Part shown: piece by piece, positions 54,116 through 64,000 of the stretch
How positions within the stretch are numbered: the stretch's first letter is position 1
Layout: every line of letters starts with the position of its first letter
IMG/VR virus record: IMGVR_UViG_3300033402_000312
Strand: one strand, 5' to 3'
Origin: a virus
DNA: 64,000 bases
Position numbers and translations under genes: made by a program
Notes under the pieces: generated by a model
Databases searched by the model: none
What the model saw: only the letters and a program-made list of their open reading frames with translations
What the model was told of the DNA's origin: nothing

Positions 54116-56125
54116 TTATTCCGCCGTGCAGTACGACCCGGCGAAGATCGTCAGCGTGCCTGTGCCGACGCCCTTGGCGTTGACGGCCACCGTCCCCGCA
54201 GTCGAGCCGTTGGTGATCGACGCGATGTATTGCCCAGTGAAGATCGTGGTGGCTGTCGCATTGGCTACGCCTGTCGTTGGAATCTGCACCGCGTAGGCGG
54301 TGCCGTTCAAAGCCAGGCTGTTGGAGGCCGTCGCCGACGTCCACCAGTTGAACAACTGCGTGATGTTGGTCGGGGTGCCGGGGCCGGTCACTTCGAGGAT
54401 TATGCCGTCCGTGGTCGCGGACACGGAATACGCTATCTCGCAGCGGACGTGCAGCGTCTGCTGGATTCCTACCTGGAACTGCCACGGGTGGAGGGACGAC
54501 GCCGTTTCCGTGACGGGGGTGAAGCCCGTGGTGGCGTTCGTGTAGCTGCCTGACAAGGTCACTGTGGGGGGCGAGGGGTACACTATTCCCTGCCCAAAAT
54601 ACGCCGTCGGCATGCGCCCGAACAAGTGCGTGTAGAGTTGCTTGAACAGCAGCCAGCCCCCCAAGTCCGAGGGGTGCTGGTTGTCCGAACCCAGCAGCCC
54701 GTAGGCCTGGTTCATCATCTGGGTCGCCGCGACGTTCTGCGCGTTGAAGTTCGGGTACCCGCTGGTGATGCCCGCGCCGACGAAAAGGTCGCCCATGACC
54801 AGCACGTCCCAGCCCGCCGCCTGGGAATACACCAGTTCTTCCTGCTGGATGGCCGTGTACGGGGCCGGTGTCGCGGAGTTTTGGAACGGGGGCGGAATCC
54901 ACATCAGGACGCTGCCGCCGAGGCGCTGGATGTTCGTGGCGATGATTTGTAGGCTGGCCATGACTTGCGCGGGGGTCTGCGGGCCGTTGGCTGCTTGGCA
55001 GTCATTCTCCCCGACCTCAAGGATGCCCAGCGCGATCTGTCCGGGGAGGAGGTTGACCCAGCCCTGCCCGGTGGCCCCGGCGAAGAAGGGGTTGTCGATG
55101 GCCGCTTCGCCGAAGTTGTCCACCGCGATGCCCGAGGTGCCCAGGGTGGTGATGGCTTCGTAGCCGCCGAGGTAGGAACTGGCTCCGGTCGCCGTCAATG
55201 TCAAAGTGCTGTTGACCAAGCCCCCGGTCTGCGTCAGCGTGCCTGAGCCGGTGGCAATCGTGAACGACTGGGACATCTGGTACGTCCCAGCGCCGCCGAC
55301 CGTTCCAGTCAACTGCTGGAGGATCGTCGTGCCAGCGGGCACGCTCGTCCCGGAGAGGGTACCCCCTATGCCGAATGTGCCCGTGGCGACGGTGGTGACC
55401 GTCAGGGTCGTGCTGGACGTAGACCATGCGGAAGCCGTCGCGGTGGTCACTGTGGCGTCCGAGAAGTTCTGCACCGCCCCTTGGGTCACGCTGGCGGTCG
55501 TGCCGCAGGCTGTCCCGACGACCGTTCCGCCGATTGTGACCGTCCATCCGGTGTTCGACGTGGTTTGGACGCAGTAGACGTTGACCGATACGTACGGCTG
55601 ACCGACCGCGATGGTGAGCACGCCGCCGCTGGTGATCGTCAGGGTGGCGTCTCCGTTGTAAGCGAACCCGGTCTGCTGCGGGCCGAAAATGCTCGATTGT
55701 GAAACGGTGCCGGAGGTGAGCGTGTAGCCGCCCTCGCCGCCGTCCACCGTGGTGGACGAGACCAGCCGGAACGGGATGCGGAACCCCGTCGAGTACTGGG
55801 TGTACTGCTTGCCTAGCTCCTGCCGCAGGGCGATGAAGGGGGAGTTCTGCGGGTTGTAAGCGCCGTACGTGCAGGGGGTGATCTGGTAGCAGGCGAGGAT
55901 CGAGTCGCCGAAGCTGACGATGCGGATGATCTGGTTCTGCGACTGACGGAGGGCCGCGTAGAACGCGTCCAGCGAGTTGCCGTTGGTGTTCGTGAACGGG
56001 GATTTCCCTGACGTGGAGGGGTTGTACTGCGCCTGCACCCCGGACGGGAACACGACAAAGGCTAGCGTCAGCGCCAACGCCAGCAATAGTGTTGGCGCTC
56101 CTAGTGCAATTAGTCTCTTGAGCAT
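54116..56125 (-). CDS. tail-associated SGNH/GDSL hydrolase domain protein
   Basis: N-terminal hydrophobic segment; GDSL block IVSFGDSILA; later blocks EVGENDCQ and DNQHPSD (DxxH); Thr/Gly-rich beta-repeat middle. Confidence 0.65.
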   Translation of the reverse strand: MLKRLIALGAPTLLLALALTLAFVVFPSGVQAQYNPSTSGKSPFTNTNGNSLDAFYAALRQSQNQIIRIVSFGDSILACYQITPCTYGAYNPQNSPFIALRQELGKQYTQYSTGFRIPFRLVSSTTVDGGEGGYTLTSGTVSQSSIFGPQQTGFAYNGDATLTITSGGVLTIAVGQPYVSVNVYCVQTTSNTGWTVTIGGTVVGTACGTTASVTQGAVQNFSDATVTTATASAWSTSSTTLTVTTVATGTFGIGGTLSGTSVPAGTTILQQLTGTVGGAGTYQMSQSFTIATGSGTLTQTGGLVNSTLTLTATGASSYLGGYEAITTLGTSGIAVDNFGEAAIDNPFFAGATGQGWVNLLPGQIALGILEVGENDCQAANGPQTPAQVMASLQIIATNIQRLGGSVLMWIPPPFQNSATPAPYTAIQQEELVYSQAAGWDVLVMGDLFVGAGITSGYPNFNAQNVAATQMMNQAYGLLGSDNQHPSDLGGWLLFKQLYTHLFGRMPTAYFGQGIVYPSPPTVTLSGSYTNATTGFTPVTETASSLHPWQFQVGIQQTLHVRCEIAYSVSATTDGIILEVTGPGTPTNITQLFNWWTSATASNSLALNGTAYAVQIPTTGVANATATTIFTGQYIASITNGSTAGTVAVNAKGVGTGTLTIFAGSYCTAE

Positions 56126-56136
56126 TTTGCCCCCGG

Positions 56137-56799
56137 TTACAGGATCGCCGAGCTTAGCTCAGCCCACGTGAGGGACGCTGCGATGGACGCGTCGCCGACA
56201 GTGCCGCCCGTCAAGCCGTAGATACCGACGTAGGAACCCGGAGGGACAATGAGTGCTCCGCCAATGTCATCCTTCACCGAGCAGATAGTCACAACACCAG
56301 TAGTGTTTGTCAATGCCTGCGAGATGGAGCAGATGTAGCGGTACGGAACGGCAGTGTTTGAAAACGATGCGGAGACCGAGGTCTTCCCCGTAGGCGATGC
56401 CGCAGTCCCGACGAAGACGTTGGAATAGGCGGCAAGAGGCGTGGTGAACGTTTGGGTCGCGCCCATCACCGCTCCGGCGAGATAGAAAGACAACTGCTGC
56501 GTGGCGGCGGTCTGCGCTTCGATTGTCAGCACCAAGTCCAGAAGGACGAGGTTCTTGCCCGAGTTGTTGGGATTGGCGAGCGTGAGCGTTGCGCCACCAG
56601 CGGCGAGGGCGATAGCCGCTGTGGAAGCAGTCTGGCATGCGATGAATACGTTGCCGCGTACGGACTGCTCGTAGTATCGTCCATTCAATGCGCTGACAAC
56701 CACGTCGCCGTAGTTGGATTGCCGAACCGGGATGCCCGGAGCGCCTGTTGCGACGGGTCCGGTCTGACCAATTTGCCCTGTTACCTGTTGCTGTGCCAT
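56137..56799 (-). CDS. structural protein, paralog A (220 aa)
   Basis: ~85% identical to adjacent 56820..57482 product; Thr/Ala/Gly-rich. Confidence 0.55.
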   Translation of the reverse strand: MAQQQVTGQIGQTGPVATGAPGIPVRQSNYGDVVVSALNGRYYEQSVRGNVFIACQTASTAAIALAAGGATLTLANPNNSGKNLVLLDLVLTIEAQTAATQQLSFYLAGAVMGATQTFTTPLAAYSNVFVGTAASPTGKTSVSASFSNTAVPYRYICSISQALTNTTGVVTICSVKDDIGGALIVPPGSYVGIYGLTGGTVGDASIAASLTWAELSSAIL

Positions 56800-56819
56800 A
56801 AAATTCTCCTAGCCCTCGA

Positions 56820-57482
56820 TTACAGGATTGCCGAGCTTAGCTCAGCCCATGTCAGGGACGCCGCAATGGTTGCGTCAGCGATAGTAGTGCCTGTTAGACC
56901 ATAAATGCCCACGTACGAACCCGGAGGAACTATGACCGCCCCACCGATGTCGTCTTTCACCGAGCAGATGGTTACGACGCCCGTGGTTGCGGTCGCAGCC
57001 TGCGAGATGGAGCAGATGTAGCGGATCGGAACGGCGGTACCGCTGAAGGTGGTGGAGACTGCCGGGACTCCGGTCGGAGATGCTGCTGTTCCGACTATGA
57101 GGTTGGAGTACGGCGTAAGTTTGGTGGTGTATGTCTGAGTTGCGCCCATCACTGCCCCAGCAAGGTAGAAAGACACTTGCTGTGTGTTGGCGGTCTGCGC
57201 TTCGATGGTCAGTACCAAATCCAGAAGGACAAGGTTCTTGCCAGAGTTGTTGGGATTACTGAGTGTGAACGTGGCTCCGCCCGTGGTGAGGGCGATAGCT
57301 GTCGTACCTGCGGTTTGGCATGCAACGAATACGTTGCCGCGAACCGACTGCTCGTAGTAGCGACCGTTAAGCTCGCTGATGATTAGGTCGCCGTAGTTGG
57401 ACTGCCGAACCGGGATGCCCGGCGCTCCGCTTGCGACTGGACCCGTCTGCCCGATCTGACCCGTTACCTGCTGCTGTGCCAT
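56820..57482 (-). CDS. structural protein, paralog B (220 aa)
   Basis: Tandem duplicate of 56137..56799. Confidence 0.55.
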   Translation of the reverse strand: MAQQQVTGQIGQTGPVASGAPGIPVRQSNYGDLIISELNGRYYEQSVRGNVFVACQTAGTTAIALTTGGATFTLSNPNNSGKNLVLLDLVLTIEAQTANTQQVSFYLAGAVMGATQTYTTKLTPYSNLIVGTAASPTGVPAVSTTFSGTAVPIRYICSISQAATATTGVVTICSVKDDIGGAVIVPPGSYVGIYGLTGTTIADATIAASLTWAELSSAIL

Positions 57483-57550
57483 AGTGTCTCCCTGATGCTC
57501 CTATAATTGCCCTCAAAAGTTGGTCTTTTAAGGGGTGTTGCGAAAGCCGT

Positions 57551-59113
57551 TTAGTACCCCAGCCACGTCACCGTCTGCCCCGTCGCCACCGCTATCACGT
57601 AGACGACGTTCGAGTTGGCTACCTGAAGCGTCACCGCCGCCCCGGCTGGAAGCTCCAGCCCCGTCGCGGTGGTGACCCCCGGCCCTCCGACAAAGATGGT
57701 GGCGGTGTTGGTGCTTTTCGCTTCCACTGAGATGCCTCTTGTCAGGAAGTTCGAGGGCAGGGCAGCCGCCGTGGCGAGCACAGCTTGCTGCCCTGTGACC
57801 AGCGGGTTGCCGCTGGGCATTGCGCTGGTGTTGAGGGCGTTTCCCCCGCGTCCGGGGACAGCCGACGAACCCAGCGGGGCGTCTCCCGCCACAATCTGGA
57901 CGGCGTACGCTCCGTCGTACCATTGGTCGATGTCGGCTTCGATGTCGTCGCGAATCTGGTTGAGGAGGTCTTCAGCTTGGCGGTCGCTGACAAGCTGGCT
58001 GGAGTAAACGGTTGATCCGTCGAGGTTGGCGGGATAGGCTGCACCGCCATAAACGCCGCCGCCGACTTCGATTTGAGGCGGTACCGGGCTTCCGGGGAAC
58101 TGGCTGCTTTGCGTGTTGACGTTGAGCCAGTAGGTTGGCGCAAGGAACTCCGACCCGATGGGGTTGCCCGCGCCGTCAGCAACACGGACGTTTCCCCCTA
58201 CGACGACGGTGTTGAGGGCGTTCCCCGCCAGTCCGGGCACATACGTCGAACCCAACGGGGCGGTGCCCGCCTGTATCTGCACGGCGTACGCTCCGTCGTA
58301 CCACTGGTCTACGTCCTGCTCTTGGTTGGCTTGAATGTCGCTGAGGATGCCCTGCGTCTTCGGGTCGCTGACAAGCTGGTTGGCGAGATAGGACGACCCG
58401 TCCATGTTGATGGGATAAGCCATGCCAGCGTAGGTGCCGTAGTCGATGGCGGGAACGGTGCCGCTGACGTTGACGCTAACTGTGCCGCTCACCGCGATGG
58501 GAGAGGAGTTTTGTACGTGGACGTTCAGCCCCGTCGTCGCGGGGCTTCCCTCCGATGTGCTGCCGATCTCGTTCCCGATGCTGTCCGTGACGATGGCCGC
58601 GACGGTGGGGGAGGGTTCGATGTTCGCGGCGCTCAGGATGATGTTGACGTTCACCGTTCCGCTCACGTAGGTCGTGCACACTGCGCGGAACTGCGTCGTG
58701 CCGTAGACGCCGAAATCGTACTCCACTGTCTGGTTGGCTGTCAGGGTGACGATGCTGGTTTGGACAGGTGCGCCCCCGCTCGTCCCGTACGCAGTAGTCC
58801 AGACGGAGCCGTCCTGCGTGTACTGGAACGCCACGACGGTGCCCGCCCCGTAGGTTCCGCTCAGGACAACCGACGCCACGCCCATCCCGGTCGTGGAGAC
58901 GGTCACGGTGCTGCCCGCGCCCGACTGGGTCGTGAGCGTCCCCGTGGTAGCCGCTAATTCTGCGATAAAGGAATCGGCGTTGACCCCGATGACAACCTGC
59001 CCCGTGGCGGGCGTGCCCCACGCGCTGGGCGTGCCGAGGTTCACGCCGTCCCACTGCGCTATGTTGTTGTTGGCGACGACCGTGAATCCGCCGAATGGGT
59101 TCTGAACAGGCAC
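57551..59113 (-). CDS. tail fiber-like protein with internal duplication
   Basis: 520 aa; two copies of ...QLVSD...DQWYDGAYAVQI.AG.APLGS..VPG.GGNALNT... Confidence 0.6.
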   Translation of the reverse strand: MPVQNPFGGFTVVANNNIAQWDGVNLGTPSAWGTPATGQVVIGVNADSFIAELAATTGTLTTQSGAGSTVTVSTTGMGVASVVLSGTYGAGTVVAFQYTQDGSVWTTAYGTSGGAPVQTSIVTLTANQTVEYDFGVYGTTQFRAVCTTYVSGTVNVNIILSAANIEPSPTVAAIVTDSIGNEIGSTSEGSPATTGLNVHVQNSSPIAVSGTVSVNVSGTVPAIDYGTYAGMAYPINMDGSSYLANQLVSDPKTQGILSDIQANQEQDVDQWYDGAYAVQIQAGTAPLGSTYVPGLAGNALNTVVVGGNVRVADGAGNPIGSEFLAPTYWLNVNTQSSQFPGSPVPPQIEVGGGVYGGAAYPANLDGSTVYSSQLVSDRQAEDLLNQIRDDIEADIDQWYDGAYAVQIVAGDAPLGSSAVPGRGGNALNTSAMPSGNPLVTGQQAVLATAAALPSNFLTRGISVEAKSTNTATIFVGGPGVTTATGLELPAGAAVTLQVANSNVVYVIAVATGQTVTWLGY

Positions 59114-59144
59114 GTTAGTTTACCCCTTGTAGTACAATAAACGA

Positions 59145-59687
59145 ATGAAGGAAATTCCTCTCACCAAAGGTTATATTGCCCTTGTTGACGATGCTGATTT
59201 CGAGCGGGTTGTAGCCGCTGGGCCATGGACGGCAGCTAAACGCATAGGACACGGTGCTCGCACTGTCTATGCTCAAAGGCACACTCTTGGTACGAAAGGA
59301 AGAAAGACCATTTATCTTCATCGTTTCATTCTTGAACTTCCCATCGCACGATTTCCCAAAGTTGATCATTGGAACCATAACGGATTGGATTGCCGAAGGC
59401 GCAATTTGCGAATCACTAATGATTTCGGAAACCAGCACAATCGACAAAAGTGCCTGAGCATTGAAGGGCGACCTACCACATCCAAATTTAAGGGTGTGTC
59501 GTGGTGGAAAAGCAATCGAGCTTGGGTAGCTCGTATTGCAGACGGTAAAGGCGGACGAATTTTTCTCGGCAACTTTTCTTGTGAAGAAACTGCCGCTCAT
59601 GCTTACGATGCTAAAGCTGTCGAATTGTTTGGTGAGTTTGCCCACCTTAATTTTCCTCATCACTGGAACTCCTGCACCCCAAGGTAG
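59145..59687 (+). CDS. HNH homing endonuclease with AP2-like DNA-binding domain
   Basis: HRFILE...VDHWNHNGLDCRRRNLRITN...NQHN HNH core; C-terminal KGVSWWKSNRAWVARI...GNFSCEETAAHAYD AP2-like; low GC; 3' end overlaps the end of the convergent giant gene. Confidence 0.75.
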   Translation: MKEIPLTKGYIALVDDADFERVVAAGPWTAAKRIGHGARTVYAQRHTLGTKGRKTIYLHRFILELPIARFPKVDHWNHNGLDCRRRNLRITNDFGNQHNRQKCLSIEGRPTTSKFKGVSWWKSNRAWVARIADGKGGRIFLGNFSCEETAAHAYDAKAVELFGEFAHLNFPHHWNSCTPR

Positions 59688-62600
59688 CCGCCCTGCGCCG
59701 CGTTGGTGCTGATGGCGTTGATCGCGGCGGTCGTGAAGTCGAACGAATCCATCCAGAACGTCCCCCCCGGCCCCAGCGTCGCCCCGCTGTAGAGCACGGC
59801 GGCGTTCGCCCCGAACGCGAGGCTGATCGTCTCGAAGCTCATGTTCACGAGGTTGCAGCCCTTCCTCAGCGGGTTCGAGGCGAGCACCGGGGTGGAGCTT
59901 GTACTTATGGAGACGATAGCCGGGGCGTTCCCCGCCGCAGCATACGGCGCTGACGCTGCGGCGACCTTGAGGTTGCCCGAAACGTCCATTTGCAGCGGTC
60001 CCCAGTTCCCCGAGGACGGCGAGGCGTAGCCGGAGGAGAGGTACTGCGCGAACGCGGCGTCGCGGACGGTTGGCACCATCCACGCCGGGGTGATGGCATC
60101 CGTGATGCGGGTCTCGGAGGACGACGAGCCGAACGAAGCGCCGCAGACGAACATCGTGTTGGTGGCGGTGGACGAGGCGTTGTTCTGGCAGTCCACTTGG
60201 TAGTTCCAGTTCGTCGTGCTGGTGTACGGCTGCGTCAGGACGTTCGGGTTCCTGAACGTGTGCATCGTCACCCACGTCTCGTCGGGCGACATCACCTCAA
60301 GGACAACGTTGCCGGTCGCCAGCCATCCGCCCCTCATGCGGAACAGGTTCTGCTTGGTGAAATCAATCGCGATTGGCGTCCCGGCAGACGTGAAGGACGA
60401 GATGGAAGACCCGCCCGCGCACTGGTCGCCGTTGAAGCTGGTGATCGGGATGCCTGGACTTGTGTTGAGCGAGAAGCTGTCTTGCCCGGTTCCTGCGCGG
60501 AAGTGCGTGATGCCGAACAAGCTGTTCCCCTCGAAGCCGACGAAGAAGCCGTCGAGGGGATTGCCGCCGCTGTTGTTGTAGAACCCGATCCGCATGTACG
60601 AATTGCTTGCGCCGACCTGCGACCCCACAGCGCCGGTGACGGACGGGAATGCAACCGTGAAAATCTGGAACCACTCGAACCCGACCTGGTAATCGAGCGT
60701 CCCGACAGAAAGCAGGTTAGCGCCGGAGGAAACCGCGCCCGCCGTGCTGAGTTGGCAAGCGCCGGGGATTGCGGTGTAAGAGATCGTTCCGCTGTTAGTC
60801 AAGGTGGGCGTGATGTTCGTCGCGTCCGCCCCGAGCGAGTGGTTGACCTGCCATTGGGCGTCGCGGATTTGCACGACGGGCGTGCCGAACAAGTCGGTCT
60901 GGGACTGGATTATGCGGAGGTTGCCTTGGAGGTCGGTGGTCAGCGCGACCTGGTTGCCCTGCGCCTCGACGACAGGCTGGTTGTACGCCAGCGCGGGCAG
61001 CACGCCGACGTTCGTGGAACCCGGAGGTGCGCTGTTGCTGGTCTTGTTCCCGACGATTGGAAGCGGGTTGGACGAACCCACGCCGACGAGGTTGCCGCTG
61101 GCGATGATGCCTATCTCCGTGGCCGAGGTCGGTGCCGTGCTTCCCGTGCTTCCCACGGAGGGGTTCGTGGCGGAGATGCTGCCCGTGATCGGGAGGGGGT
61201 TGGTGGACGACACGCCGACCAAGCTACCGCCCGAGTTGAAGCCGATGTAGTCCGCGTCGGCGGGGACTGCTGAGCCGGTCGGACCGGCAGCCGCGTTGCC
61301 GGAGCTTGGGTTCACGACGTAGACGTTCAGCGCCTCTTCTGCGGGCGACCCGTAATTGGTGAACGTCATCTCCGACAGCGCGGGGTTGCTGACAACGGTT
61401 GTGCCCGAGATCGCGACAGTCCCGCTGACAACGGTTGTGCCTGAGATCGTGACTGTTCCGCTGACGGGCACCGTCGCCGTGTTCGGTGACATCGTGACGA
61501 CGAGCGAGGGGTCGCTCGCCGCAGCCGCCGTGCTCGGGTTCTTGACAACAGTGTCGTTGAAAGTCCCGCTGCCGTAGGAACTGTGCCCGAAAGCGACGTT
61601 GCGGACTACCTGGGCGTGGGTGTTCGGGTCAACAACGTCGATTAGGTCCATCAGGCGACCGACGCTGGTGTTGACTTTCAGGATCGACTGCATGCGGAAG
61701 TACGTTTGGGCAATCGGGCCATTGTCGTAGACGACGCGGTAATACTTGCGCTTGATGGGGAACGAGTAGCCCTGCCCCGTGCCCACGTCGGCCGACCCGA
61801 ACTGCCCCCAGTCTTGGTCGCCCCAGTTGGTGCCGTCCTCGCTCCACTGCACCAGGATGCCCGACGTGCCGACCAAGCCCGTGGACTGCTGGTCGCTGTC
61901 GATGCTGAGCATGAGTTGGGAATAGCCCGTCGTCGAGGTGGCAGCGCCGGTAAAGACGCTGTTGGCACCGAGGGGCGTCGTGGTGGAGTTGTTGGGGTCT
62001 GTGTAGTCGTTGCCCGACACCGGCTGCGTCGCGGGGAAGTTGGAAACCGCCACAGTCCCGCCCTCGCTGTAGACGTTCAGGGCGCTGACTGCGGGGCTTC
62101 CGACGTTCGTGTAGCTTTGTCCGGTGACGCCGACAGTCCCGCTGACCGGCTGGATTGCCTGCCAGAAGGTGCCTGTGACGGCGACGGAACCCGTGATCGT
62201 CGTGGACGCTAGGGTCACGACTTGGGAAGCCGGGAAGTTCGAGACTGCAACCGGGTTCAACAGGTAAACGTCAAGTCCTGCGACGGCCGGGCTGCCGTAG
62301 TTCGTGAAGGCAAGCTCGGACAGCGCGGCGTTGGTGACTGCCACGGCTCCGGTCACGACCGTGGTGCTGCCGGGCACGGTCTCGACGTACAGCGGGTTCC
62401 CGCTGCTCACGGCGGCACCGCCGATCTCCGTCAAGTTGACGGAGGCGTTGCTTTGGATGTTGAACGTGCCCGTGCCCGCATTGGCAGTCACGGTTCCCGA
62501 CACGACCCACGGGCTTGTGGACTGCGTGACGCCGATCTGCGTCTCGGTGAACGTCGCGGTGACCGGGTTGACGACATAGACGTTCAAGTTTTCCGTGGCA

Positions 62601-64000
62601 GGGGAGCCGTATGGAGTGAACGACATCCCCGACAAAGCCGGGTTGCTGACGACCCACGGCGACGTCGATTGCGTGACCGCGACTGTTCCCGTGACCCCCA
62701 CAGTCCACGATCCGCCTTGGTCGGCGGTGACGGTGCCGGATACAGCCCAAGGGTTCGTGACCTGCGTGACTCCTATTTGCGACTCGGTGAATGTGGCGGT
62801 GATGGGGACGCTCGCCACGACATCAACAGCCAACGCCGGGGTCGCTGGCGAGCCTGCGGACGTTACGGCGGAGGCAATGGAGGCGAGCGAAGCCTCGGCG
62901 GCGGAGTCCTTCACGACCCACGGCGACGTGGACTGCGTGACCGCGACGGGCTGCGAGACGCTTACGGTCCCGCTTACCGCTATCGGCGAAGTGTTTTGGA
63001 CGTGGATATTCAGCCCGGTCGTTGCGGGGCTGCCTTCGCTTGTCGAATTGATTTTGTTCCCGTAGCCGTCGTCGGTATAAGACGTAGCCAGCAGGTTCGC
63101 GGCGTTGCTTTGCTGCACTGTGACGGGGTTCGCAACGCTGGTCAGCGTCCCGATGTTCCATGCGCCGCCTTGGTCTGCGGTCACCGTCCCGCTGACAACC
63201 CATGGGCTTGTGCACTGGGTTACGCACGAAGAGGTCTGCGCCTCGTTCACCACGTTGACGTTGAGCGCGGGGACAGCGGGGCTGCCAGCGGTCGTTTCCA
63301 CGGCGGAAAGGATCGACTGGATTCCTGAAAGGGAAAATTCCGCCGCTGAGTCCTTTACAATCCAGGGGCTTGTCCCCTGGTCGGCAGTGACAGTCCCGCT
63401 CACAGGCAGCGTGACGCTGCATCCGACGATGGTGACGTCCGGCGAGCCTCCCCCTGAGACGACGTTGACGTTGATTACAGGCTCGGCCGGGGAGCCTGCG
63501 CTCCTGACCGTGGAGGCGATGGTTTCTAGGTAGCTTCCCGCCGCGACATCCTCGACGACCCAAGGAGAGGTGCTCTGGGTGACAGCCACGGTGCCCGTGA
63601 CGCCGAAGCTCGTGTTGCCAATTGAGCCTATCGTGTTGCTGCCCGTGGGCAGCGCGGTCTTGAGATCGACCTCGACGTAGCCGCTGCCGTCGAGCGGGCT
63701 TACTATGCTGACGTTGGCTGCCGACCCCGCTTGGTTGAGCACCACGACAGGGATAGCGGCCTGAGGCGGGCTGCCGTATTCCACGAGGGGGCTGATGACT
63801 GTGACGTCGGAGCCAGCGGAGTTGGTGACGTTGACGTTCAGGCTGCCGCCTGTGCTCGTGAGGTTGCCCCCCGCGCTGTCCTGTATCGGGTACTTGACCG
63901 GGAACGGCGGGAAATTGCTGACCGCAACGGTGCCGGAAACAGGCAGCGCGACGTCGCATGCAATGATAGTCACGTCAGAGGAGCCGCTGGTCTGGTTCAC
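59660..64000 (-). CDS. giant tail fiber-like protein, N-terminus beyond window (>1446 aa)
   Basis: ORF open to window edge; many beta-rich repeats (TATFTESQIGVTQSTSPWVVSGTVTADQGG.W). Confidence 0.7.
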   Translation of the reverse strand: MNQTSGSSDVTIIACDVALPVSGTVAVSNFPPFPVKYPIQDSAGGNLTSTGGSLNVNVTNSAGSDVTVISPLVEYGSPPQAAIPVVVLNQAGSAANVSIVSPLDGSGYVEVDLKTALPTGSNTIGSIGNTSFGVTGTVAVTQSTSPWVVEDVAAGSYLETIASTVRSAGSPAEPVINVNVVSGGGSPDVTIVGCSVTLPVSGTVTADQGTSPWIVKDSAAEFSLSGIQSILSAVETTAGSPAVPALNVNVVNEAQTSSCVTQCTSPWVVSGTVTADQGGAWNIGTLTSVANPVTVQQSNAANLLATSYTDDGYGNKINSTSEGSPATTGLNIHVQNTSPIAVSGTVSVSQPVAVTQSTSPWVVKDSAAEASLASIASAVTSAGSPATPALAVDVVASVPITATFTESQIGVTQVTNPWAVSGTVTADQGGSWTVGVTGTVAVTQSTSPWVVSNPALSGMSFTPYGSPATENLNVYVVNPVTATFTETQIGVTQSTSPWVVSGTVTANAGTGTFNIQSNASVNLTEIGGAAVSSGNPLYVETVPGSTTVVTGAVAVTNAALSELAFTNYGSPAVAGLDVYLLNPVAVSNFPASQVVTLASTTITGSVAVTGTFWQAIQPVSGTVGVTGQSYTNVGSPAVSALNVYSEGGTVAVSNFPATQPVSGNDYTDPNNSTTTPLGANSVFTGAATSTTGYSQLMLSIDSDQQSTGLVGTSGILVQWSEDGTNWGDQDWGQFGSADVGTGQGYSFPIKRKYYRVVYDNGPIAQTYFRMQSILKVNTSVGRLMDLIDVVDPNTHAQVVRNVAFGHSSYGSGTFNDTVVKNPSTAAAASDPSLVVTMSPNTATVPVSGTVTISGTTVVSGTVAISGTTVVSNPALSEMTFTNYGSPAEEALNVYVVNPSSGNAAAGPTGSAVPADADYIGFNSGGSLVGVSSTNPLPITGSISATNPSVGSTGSTAPTSATEIGIIASGNLVGVGSSNPLPIVGNKTSNSAPPGSTNVGVLPALAYNQPVVEAQGNQVALTTDLQGNLRIIQSQTDLFGTPVVQIRDAQWQVNHSLGADATNITPTLTNSGTISYTAIPGACQLSTAGAVSSGANLLSVGTLDYQVGFEWFQIFTVAFPSVTGAVGSQVGASNSYMRIGFYNNSGGNPLDGFFVGFEGNSLFGITHFRAGTGQDSFSLNTSPGIPITSFNGDQCAGGSSISSFTSAGTPIAIDFTKQNLFRMRGGWLATGNVVLEVMSPDETWVTMHTFRNPNVLTQPYTSTTNWNYQVDCQNNASSTATNTMFVCGASFGSSSSETRITDAITPAWMVPTVRDAAFAQYLSSGYASPSSGNWGPLQMDVSGNLKVAAASAPYAAAGNAPAIVSISTSSTPVLASNPLRKGCNLVNMSFETISLAFGANAAVLYSGATLGPGGTFWMDSFDFTTAAINAISTNAAQGGYLGVQEFQ

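Noticed and set aside
59990-63959. Plus-strand 427-aa and other ORFs inside the terminal giant fiber gene
   Set aside because: Antisense GC-frame artefacts of the minus-strand gene.
26681-64000. Repetitive sequence in fiber genes as a possible CRISPR array
   Set aside because: Repeats are imperfect, in-frame and coding (amino-acid repeats); there are no short identical direct repeats with unique spacers.

Overview
Interpretation of a 64-kb window (~60% GC). It reads as one contiguous segment of a large double-stranded DNA bacteriophage genome. No integrase, host housekeeping gene or CRISPR array is seen. Most genes are on the + strand, with minus-strand blocks at 24.0-25.7 kb, 48.8-51.4 kb and 54.1-64.0 kb (tail-fiber-like module). 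Recognisable replication and nucleotide genes: a 5'-3' flap nuclease, a family A DNA polymerase, a phage-encoded thioredoxin, a clamp-loader subunit, a putative sliding clamp, two Rnl2-type RNA ligase domains, a Nudix hydrolase and a NADAR protein. Regulatory and unusual genes include a stand-alone response-regulator receiver protein followed by two overlapping classical AAA ATPases, a NusG-like KOW protein, and a C-terminal SMC/SbcC-type ABC half-ATPase with no Walker A partner. Structural genes include a putative portal, a 1852-aa repeat-containing giant protein, an SGNH-esterase tail protein, two tandem 220-aa paralogs, and a larger than 1446-aa partial fiber gene that runs off the window. 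There are eight homing endonucleases (seven HNH, one GIY-YIG), most sitting in lower-GC islands. Two tRNA arrays carry about 16 tRNAs by manual cloverleaf reading. Array 1 (3.6-5.6 kb) is made almost entirely of class II tRNAs: Tyr, four Leu isoacceptor types and Ser. Array 2 (11.4-13.0 kb) carries Pro(UGG), Pro(CGG) twice, Pro(GGG) and a CAU tRNA. Additional CAU and Phe tRNAs and tRNA fragments follow to 16.7 kb. The most interesting features are two near-identical sigma70-type promoters (CTTGACAGTTTTCTG...TAnnnT). Each is followed by a ~24-codon leader ORF whose codons mirror the anticodons of the downstream tRNA array, and then by a terminator-like hairpin. The first leader is Leu/Tyr/Ser-rich and uses all four Leu codon classes. 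The second is Pro/Met-rich and uses CCA, CCG twice and CCC. This looks like leader-peptide attenuation controlling tRNA genes. Inside the tRNA island sits an N-terminally truncated class I release-factor homolog (GGQ and PxT-like motifs). It carries a prfB-type programmed +1 frameshift site (GGAGG-n3-CUU UGA).
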